Source: Bugula neritina
Lineage: Eukaryota; Animalia; Bryozoa
Direction: 5' to 3'
DNA: 64,000 nt
Assembly (NCBI GenBank): GCA_964035545.1
Contig: OZ037766.1
Span: forward strand, 29,700,640-29,764,639
A model generated the notes under the pieces. That model made no database searches. It saw only the letters and a program-made list of their open reading frames with translations, and was not told the DNA's origin. This document shows positions 54,501 through 64,000 of the stretch, piece after piece (the first letter of the stretch is position 1; the number at the start of each line of letters is the position of its first letter). The translations under genes and the position numbers were made by a program.

Positions 54501-54815
54501 CTTTTTACTTATAGATTGTGTAGATTACAATTAGACATAAGAGTAAACTTTTGATTTAAAAGTAATTATGCTATGTTTGCAAATGGCAAGCTAGAGTAGT
54601 TTACATACTTTTCTGTTAGAGATAACTAGCATTATTACATCTACAAATGTATTAAAAACAATACATTATATAATTACTCTTTAACAGTTGTACTATACTA
54701 TTATGATCTTATATTAATTGCATATATGCACTCTATTTTTGTATATACGTGGAAGCAATCTCTATATCAATTTTCCAATTTTTCCTATAGGTAAGTTGCA
54801 GCTTGGTGAGAAACA

Positions 54816-56415
54816 ATGGACGATAAAGAAAAGAGGCTAACTCAGAAATTTCGCTCCCACTCCTGGATTCACGGCGTCACTGTAACCATTCTGATTGGGT
54901 GTATTGGTGCCAACATTATTATCTACAACTACTTGAGTAAGGAAATACATAAAGTAAGTACGCTATATAACTACTTCTTAAAATAATTAAAATCTTAAAA
55001 ATAAACAGTTATACAAATTTATTTCTACAGTTGTATGTTTCTATGTTATTTACTGTAAATGTATATTTTTCAATATTAAAACCATGTCTATGAATGTCCA
55101 TATGCTATAAAAGTAAACTTTTATCAACAATTATATGTATGTTTTGCTATGTATTATAATATGCTTTATTTTTAGAATACCAACAATGTGCAGGCATTAC
55201 TACTTGCACAAAGGCACACTGTCTTATTGCCAGACAACTCATTCGTAAGTGGCTTATAAACTGCATCTCATATAACCACTAAGTTATTATTTTAAGTATA
55301 ATAATAATAATGCAAATTATGTTAAAATTGAGAAAGGCTGTTAATTAAAGCTTTTTGATTGTGTTTATGGAAAGAAGTTGATATAACAGATTAAATTGTA
55401 TACAATGTACCAAATAGACAGAGTTTGTCTCAATAAGTTACTATACGTTTTTTTCAGTCGAGAGTGAAAAGAAGAGGCCCCCCATCAACATGCAGTTGCC
55501 CAGCAGGGCCCATAGGTCCAGCTGGTCCACCAGGTGCTCCAGGGGTAAAGGGAGACACTGGTGCAACCGGCGCTCCGGTGAGATTATATAAAATATAATT
55601 AATAGAACTAGAAACTTATTTATATATTTATTGTTAGCAATTGAGTATAGCATGCATTTGCAATTATAAAGATATTCTTCACGGGGCACTTGAAAACATG
55701 CAACTTTTAAAATAGGTAATTCAAAATCAGGTAAAGCCACACTTCAATTTGGATTTGCTCCATGAGGTAGCATGAAAGATTATAAATATAAATATATTAA
55801 TTTTCCCTTATAGATGAGATGCTTTTACATCCACTAAATATGAAAAGATATTAAAAGTAATACAATAATATGTAATTATATAGAATTTATACAATATATC
55901 ATATATTATAGGTATACTATAACATGTTATACATTATTAATTTTAAACATTTTATCAAATATAATGCAATATATATCACATAACATAATATATATTGTAT
56001 ATTATATATTTGAAAAACAACTTTATGTATCATCACTAGTTTGTTCTTTTTTGAAACAATGCTTTATGTTGAAAGCATCCTGCCCCAATTATTGTTTCAT
56101 GTTGTTTATATTTGAAAATAAATTGTGTTTTAAAAGGGTTCAAATGGAATAAATGGTGTGCCTGGTACCAAAGGAGACAAGGGAGATAAAGGTGATCGCG
56201 GTTCAAGTTATCCCGGTCCTACAGGACCTCGAGGCCCACCTGGTCCACCAGGACCACCCGGTTCTCAAGGAAACACAGGCAATACAGGTGAACCTGGAGC
56301 ACCAGGTCAAATAGGGCTCAGGGGCTCACCAGGTAGAGCTGGCAGAGATGGGAGACATGGTAGAGATGGAAAAACCCCAAAACTCCTGAAGAAAATCAAA
56401 AAAAGAAGACATTAG
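54816..56415 (+). CDS. Short type II transmembrane collagen-like protein (MACIT-like), 201 aa
   Basis: Phase-0 exons 54816-54953, 55176-55244, 55458-55577, 56137-56415. Architecture: short N-tail, hydrophobic segment ([21 protein letters not shown]), helical neck, furin site RVKR, CSCPAG, 16+18 Gly-X-Y triplets with one interruption, basic C-tail. Confidence 0.88.
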
Positions 56416-56989
56416 AAAATGTACCCTAGCAATATTCTCTCAATTCGTTTGATGCGTTTTCTATTGGTGGATTTTAAATTATTATACTAAAATTGCTTTG
56501 TGGCAACTTAAATAAAAAATACAGTATAATGACAAAGTATTTGCTATATATGTTTTGAAGAGCATATAACAGGAATCTTGTAACTAAAAAGTTTATTGGC
56601 ATTAAGTTAGCACATAAAGTTTTAATTGATTCAAATTTAAGTTTCGTTTTAATTTTGGGTAAATTTATCAAATAAATTAGAAATGCTTACAGGGTTTCTC
56701 AAGCGTGGGTTGTAATTCTCACAAAAATAAAATATTTTCATCATCATGGGGCCAAATAATATTTTATAGAGTATCTAATCAATATATATATCATATGCGG
56801 CATTATTAAAAACAAGGCTGAAACCAGCAGCAGATTTCTATTAGAATGATACAATATAATAAAAATTAAAAAGTGGTGCATTACAATTATTTACTATTAT
56901 AAGGTTGTTCCTAAAAATATATTATAAAAATGATAATAATAAAACATATTATATAGAGTTACTTAATAAGGATATGATTTGTCAAGAAG

Positions 56990-57066
56990 CCATATACATA
57001 TATACACATATATATACACACATATATAATATACACACACATATATATACACACATATATATATAT

Positions 57067-57115
<49 letters not shown>
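56990..57115. repeat. Compound (TA)n/(CA)n microsatellite
   Basis: Direct inspection. Confidence 0.9.
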
Positions 57116-57118
<3 letters not shown>

Positions 57119-57349
57119 TATATAATTAGAACCCTCATGCAGTCAGTTTCTTAGCTTCTTCTAATCTACCAGCTGGTAAACTGCTAGACACATATATCTG
57201 AACATGGATTGCATGTTCACTGAAAGAAAGTAGGACAATATATCACATCAGTGAAATTAATAAACACTTGTAATCTTTGGGTTCATCTGCACTCAAAATA
57301 CTGCCTTAAATCTGTGTAATTTGATGCACATGATACACCAGTTACAGAT

Positions 57350-58760
57350 TTTATGCAGTACGTTATGCATGGACAGCTTTAGGCTTATCCACTGACTATA
57401 GAACTGTTTCCGTTATCATATTTAGCAACCGGCAAAAGACTATAGCAAACATATTCCTGTAGGCGGTATATTATTTTACAGCTTAATACTTATTTTACAT
57501 CATTATCCTTTTATTTATTCAATGTGTCATTCTTTATCTATGCAAATATTACCTTACATAATACCATTCCTCCTAGATTATACCAATTGTAAGGCTCATA
57601 AAACTGGCTGTAACACATAGTGTTGAAATAATCCTTATAATGTTGATATGCAGATCATGAATATATTTTGAGGACATTTGTACCAGGCAAAGAGGTTCTG
57701 AATCATTCTACAGACTCAATAACTTGACAATAATATTTTATACCAGAGTGATATATGAATACAAGTCAACTGTTCTAAATTATCTTTATAGCTGATATAT
57801 ACAGCTGCCATTGTACTTTTCCACTGCATTATCTGTGATGCATCTTCACTCTTATATTAAATATTGTAATCAAAATATTATTGATTAGCTAGTCTAAGAT
57901 ATTTACAAACATAAAATAAACTAGGACACTACAGGTATATTTCTTTATTTGAGGAGTCTAAAATTAGCTATTAGAATATTTTGAGCAAAAATTTGAAGTA
58001 ATTTACGTGCTTCATCAGTTTGATTAAACTGTCTGTACATTTGCATCATAAATAATAAATTGTGTTAGCATGTTGTAAAAAACTCGCACGTCTAAATCAT
58101 GCAAATCATCCCGTCCAAATATATTATGTATCTTATGTAGCATGATGCTACAACCTACACAAAAACAATTTAAAATAATGTGTTCGGGTGAAAATGAAAA
58201 TTTTCAAAAAACTATGTAATGAATACTTTGAATAATAATATTTAATTAAAAGTTCTAAAAGACAATAAAAATTGCAAAATCAATTTTAGATGTTTTATAA
58301 TTGAAAGAAATTATCCTAGTCACTTACACTATATAGATTGCGTGCAGCAATAAAGTAAAACATATATAAGAAATTAGCATTAAATATCACTATGCTAAGC
58401 CCCATATTATTTTGTATAGCCTATAATAGTTATAGTTGAAAAGTCTCAAATTTATTAGGGCTACAATAAACCTTGTTTAATCAAATATTTTAATTTTATT
58501 CTTTTAAAATAATTCCCTTGATTTTTCAGCATTCAATTTAAATACAAATAATTTAGATCTTAGTGAACAAAACTTTTTCTTTAAACTAGCACAAACCTTT
58601 CGCAATCTAAAAGTACTGCATTCTGTGCATGCTGCTACAAAAGCAACTTTTAAGGTGATCCAAATCTAAGAAATGAAAAAATAAATGCATGAAACCATGA
58701 GAGTTTTTAACCAAAACTAATAGGGCTGGTTAAAATATTTCTTTTGATTTTCAACTTAAT
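57350..58760 (+). repeat. Diverged segmental duplicate, copy 1 (paralogous to 62615-64000)
   Basis: Colinear shared blocks, e.g. CAGCTTTAGGCTTAT, ATATTCCTGTAGGCGGTA, CATAAAACTGGCTGTAAC, TTTTGAGGACATTTGTACCA, TTTTTAACCAAA.CTAATAGGGCTG. Confidence 0.85.
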
Positions 58761-59170
58761 GTTTTTCAAATAACTTTGAAGTGATATAAAACGTATATGT
58801 TTAATTTAAATTGAATACCTACCATCTTTCCAAAACTTGAATCAAGACTTGTGAGCAAAATCTTAAAAAAAGCGTTTCCTGCATGTTTTGAGCAAAATTT
58901 AAATGTAAAACTATCTATCTTAACACATTTCTAATTCCATAAATATGTTGATCTATGAGTTATATATTATAATATATCTATATATATATATCAATAATAC
59001 AATTATATTGCTTAAAAATTTCTTTTATAAAAATATTTGCAAAGAAGTATATAATAAATGAAAATATGTTTGTATTTGTACTGCTCACTTCACAGCAACT
59101 ACAATAATCTACTGTAGCACCAAATACTATTTTAAGAACTCATGATTCAGTGTAAAAGAATGACGCAAAT

Positions 59171-59184
59171 GTTGCTATAGTAAC
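59171..59184. promoter_or_regulatory. RFX X-box-like motif upstream of a candidate first exon
   Basis: GTTGCTATAGTAAC, preceded by ATGACGCAA and followed by ATGGAGGGCTGCGTGGCAG|GTTAAG. Confidence 0.4.
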
Positions 59185-61114
59185 CGGCAAACAGCAAACA
59201 TTTCCAGAATAGATGGAGGGCTGCGTGGCAGGTTAAGTAGGTTTTGAGTAAGATCCATTTTATGGTCATATTCCTTATTATGATAAATTACTATACAATT
59301 ATTTTGGCTGTAAAAGTAGTGTTTGTGAGTTACTATAATAATTGTAAAAAAAGCAATAAAACTAATAACATTGACCTATCAATCAAAATCATCATTATTA
59401 AAATAATTTGGGTAGATATTGAGTCTTTAAGTCAAAAAGTGACTTTTTAAACAAAAATATATTTGTATTCAACAATGATTCATTGAGTAAGCTGAGAAGA
59501 TATTAACTAAGAAATCCTTGATTTATAGACATGACTTACAGGATAAGCTGATAAGTGATATGCAACAGTTTTAACAGAGAATATATGAAACTGACCAACA
59601 AGCATAATGAAAATAACAAAACCCAACGGTGCAATTAAATTTTAACACAAAAGCTAATTTTAGATCCACAATCAGTATTTAGTATGTCATAAGTAAGAGT
59701 TCATGCTATAGAAATAATTAGCCCAGCTTGCAAGTTGGGGCTGGTATTTGAGGAAAGGCTGATATATATACTGCTATAATGTTAGCTTTTCATCGCATTA
59801 CCCATGATGCCCTAATTTTATATTATGTGTTTTATTCAAAATACTTTTGATTGGCATAGTATGATTTCAAACATTAGATAAACTATGAGATCAAAACTCA
59901 TTTTTTCATCTAAGAAGATTGAAATTAGTTATTAGAATCATCTGATCAAGATGTTTTGGTGATTTAGATGGTTGAACAATTTGTATTTTTTGCACATAAT
60001 TTGCATTTTTATAACTTCTTTTAGCCCATATTGTTAAAGACTGCCTGTTTATATATGATATATATGCAAGTAATTTGGTCGAATTTAACAAAACTAGCAT
60101 GAGCTCTAACTTATACAAGCAATTTAAATTTTACTATTATGACAACAACCACCGTTTATATTTAACTATGTATAATAAATATTTTAATAGTTTATGTAAG
60201 CTATAAAGTGGTAAACAACAATGAAGTAGGCAAAATTCATTATAGATGCTTCAATTGGGGAAACTATCATAATCAGTTGCATCGAGGTAGATTGAAGAGA
60301 GCAATAAAAGAAAGTCTATAAAAATTAATATCGAGTGTCATCATGCTTGATATTAACAAATTTCAATTTTAAAGGTCCTAAAATTTAGCTTGCCTAATTA
60401 AATATTTTAATTTTATCCTTCTGTTCAAATTGAAATATAAAAGTTTTCTGCTTTCAATTTCAATACAATGGAAACAGCAACTTTTAGCAGTTTAGAAGTG
60501 CTATATATTCCTGTAATTTGCTGTAAAGACCAGTCATATGAGTAAGATGATCTGATGTTGACAAGCTACAAGCTAGCAGGTACTAAATCTACTGACAAGT
60601 GAGAGCCGAATGGAAGCCAACACAAAGCAGATCTTGAGCTGGAGCTTAGCTTGGTAAGTCAACATTACAATATGATTGTAGCGTTGCCACTAACTATAGA
60701 TGAGTTGTACTGGTGTTGGTTTTCGTAACTTTATTTTTACGTATTCCAACTGCCGTAAGAAACTGTAAAAGTAGGTTATTAATATATGCAACTATAACAG
60801 GTTTTTAAAATAAAACAAACAGAAATTATTTATGAAATTGTAAAATATTCAAACATATATACAAATCTTGAATTAATCACCTCTTGCCTTCTTTTAGTGG
60901 CTAGCTAGGTTAAGTTTGTTTCTATGAAACGGTATTACAGGTCTACTAAAAAATATCAAACTATAATAAAAATGACATTAAGTGATAACTGCAATTAGAC
61001 AAATGTTAAGACAATTAGTAAGAATGAATGTATAGCCCATAGACAGGGATTAAAAATTATATTCAATGTTCACTTAAATTAGTAGCTGCATTAAACTACT
61101 GTAAGTGTAAAAAT

Positions 61115-61360
61115 AAGGTTTTATAAACTGCCAATTAGAATACTAGCCAGTGATAAACTAATCAATCACTGGAGAGCTTGCCTTAAGAATTTGTAATTTT
61201 GTGAGAAATCTATTATGAAGTAAACACATAGCCATAAAGGTTTTATAAACTGCCAATTAGAATACTAGCCAGTGATAAACTAATCAATCACTGGAGAGCT
61301 TGCCTTAAGAATTTGTAATTTTGTGAGAAATCTATTATGAAGTAAACACATAGCCATAAA
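61115..61360. repeat. Perfect 122-bp direct tandem duplication
   Basis: AAGGTTTTATAAACTGCC...CACATAGCCATA repeated at 61115 and 61237. Confidence 0.93.
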
Positions 61361-62614
61361 TTCTATCATGCACTGACCACACTGGCATTCTAAAAATTGT
61401 CAAACTTATAAACGTGTTAAATAAACCAAATAGTTATTCTTATAGTTGAAATAGATAAAAAATACTTAAGGAAAGCTTCAAATTATTACAAATACTGAAG
61501 AAAAAAACTAACCTGTGCCTCTTTAAGTTAATTTCAATTTAAATTCACTTGTAATTTATTAATTATATCATTTAAAACTGATGTTATTGATGTAATAAGC
61601 TTGCATCGCTAGCGCGCTACTATTCCACTAACTGTAGGGTCAACGTCTGCACTCAAACATCCGGGCTGCCTAAGCGTTACGCCACAGCCAATGAGCGAGA
61701 GCGTGCTGTTATCTAATTAATGAATTTACAACTAGCAGTCGTTGCGTAGGCGAGAATCACGTAATGCGATAACCTATTTGAGTGGAACGTTGTGCTAAAC
61801 GCAACACTGAATGCTAGATTAACTATTATGTATTCTTTACACTACATTACTTTACTGCTTGAATTAATTATGTTCAGTGCTAACTTTACAATGATGATCA
61901 AAATAATTAAACTGTATAATAAAATGCAATAAGACTAAAACGGTTAGTGTAAATTCCTGTAATTTGCTGTAAAGATTGGTGTAGCAGTCAAATTTGTTAT
62001 CATTATTAAAATGACGTTGAAGAATATTTCTTTAACTCAAAAATACTATGTTTATAAATAAATATGTTTTTAAACAAAAATGCATTTCTATTCCCCAATG
62101 ATTCATCACAAGTAAGCTGAGAACACTACTTAGGAAATCCTTGATTTATTTATAGCCGTGACTTATACAGGATATTCCTATTAATTATGAATTATTATAA
62201 ATACAGTTACTTACTATTAATTATGTGTTCCTAAAAACATATTAGAAGATTTTAATATGAATAAACAAAATATATATAATTACTTAACGGGGATCTGACT
62301 TACTAAACGGTATCCTTATTGTTTGAAGATATCAGTTACATGATGATGTGTCTTTGAAAATATTGTTAATAGTAATAAAACACCTCTATAACAATATTAT
62401 TATACATAATTTAAAGACACACTCAGCAACTCTCACAGCTTGTTCTTAGCAAACCCTTATTTACATTAACTTGAACATAGATCACATATTGCACTCACTC
62501 AAAAAGTAGAACATTTAATTGTATGAATAAAAATCAAATACTGATAATTATTGAGTTCTTATGCACCCAAAATGTTATTTTCAATCTCTATAACTCAATG
62601 CACGGGACTTACCG

Positions 62615-64000
62615 TGCAGTTACGTGTAATCTGCGTGAGCAGCTTTAGGCTTATTTACTGATTAAACCTGTTTTTATTATGACATTTAGCAACCAGCAAA
62701 AGGCAAACAAAATATTCCTGTAGGCGGTAAATTATTTTTCAACTTAATACTCATTTTACATCATTATCACCTCATCAATCCTTAATATGTCACTTTTCAT
62801 TAAGATTTCCATTTAAATAATACCTGACAAAATACTATTCCTCCTAGATTATACTAATTGTGAGGCCCATAAAACTGGCTGTAACGCATGGTGTTGAAAT
62901 AATCTTTATAATGTTGAAATGTACACCACGATAATGTTTTTGAGGACATTTGTACCAAGCTGAAAAATTCTGAATTGATCTAGAAGCCCAGTAACAATTG
63001 ACAAAAGATTTTATACTAGAGTGATATGTATGGACAAACATTAACTGTCTTAAAAGCATTCATATTGTTTTATAACTGATATATAACTACTGCCAGTTTA
63101 CCTTTCCACCGCAATACCTCTACACTGCCTCAGTCTTATACTAAATATTTCTATCGCCTCAGTCTTATATTAAATATTGTAATCAAAATATTGTTGATTA
63201 ATTTATAGTATACTTACCATCATAAAAAGCTATGAAACTACAAATATATTTGTAATAGTTCAATGATATATTTTGTTTAGAAAACACAACTGATCACAGC
63301 AAACACATCTTCAAGACTGACAATATATACAATAGTTTTATAAACATTCAATTACTATTACATTTACCCACCGGTTGCTTGCAAAACCACAAAGATAAAG
63401 GCTATTTATGACATAAAGGAAAACAGCACAATCATCTAGTATTTACAAAACAGCTTACATGACTGCATGATGTGATGTCATGTGCATTACAATATTTCTT
63501 TATCTGAAGAGCTGTTAAAATATTTTAACCAAGGATTTTCAGCAATGTAAATGTCTTTTCAGTTTAATTAAACTTCACGTTATAATTCATAATCTGTTTT
63601 AGCTTATTGTAGAGACTCACATGTTTGTATCATGCAAATCATTCAGACCCAAATTTTTCAGTATTTTATTTAGCATGATTTACCACCTATAATATAAAAG
63701 CAATTGAAAGTAATATGTTTTGATGATACAATGAAAATTGCGAAAACTTATGTAATGGATATACAATGATTAATAGTTTAAACAAGAGCTCTCTAAAAGC
63801 CAATTAAAGCTGCAAAGCCCATTATAGATGTAATAATTGAGAATAAATATTATAGCCATTCAAACTATAGATAGATTGCATATAAAGCAGTAAAATAAAG
63901 CCTATAAATGAAATTGATAACAAATATCGCTGTAAGCTAAAATTTTTTAACCAAAGCTAATAGGGCTGATTAAAATGTCTTTTTTAGTTTTCAACCTAAT
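62615..64000 (+). repeat. Diverged segmental duplicate, copy 2 (runs off window end)
   Basis: Colinear with 57350-58760, with insertions. Confidence 0.85.

Noticed and set aside
62892-62900. TGT-TGA conserved in both duplicates, read as selenocysteine
   Set aside because: No SECIS recognised, and the downstream frame soon closes.

Overview
AT-rich eukaryotic genomic DNA with GT-AG spliceosomal introns, most likely an invertebrate animal; the species cannot be determined from the sequence. I assembled six protein-coding genes by hand from splice sites and reading frames. (1) A single-coding-exon PAQR/membrane progestin receptor-like gene (-). (2,3) Two tandem 7-exon paralogs encoding ~365-aa stand-alone catalytic domains of the cobalamin-independent methionine synthase (MetE) fold, with intact Zn ligands but no N-terminal half (-). 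(4) ABHD18 (-), which carries a duplicated, probably mutually exclusive 90-nt exon right after the catalytic serine. (5) A divergently transcribed ~26-exon CCDC158-like coiled-coil gene (+), whose introns hold a tRNA-Gly(TCC), an antisense type I hammerhead ribozyme inside a (TA)n-flanked insert, and a candidate 15-nt microexon. (6) A 201-aa miniature type II transmembrane collagen (+). The last ~7 kb is a degenerate segmental duplication with exon-like remnants. Many minisatellites abut or incorporate splice sites. Most short ORFs in the supplied track are repeat artefacts or exon fragments.
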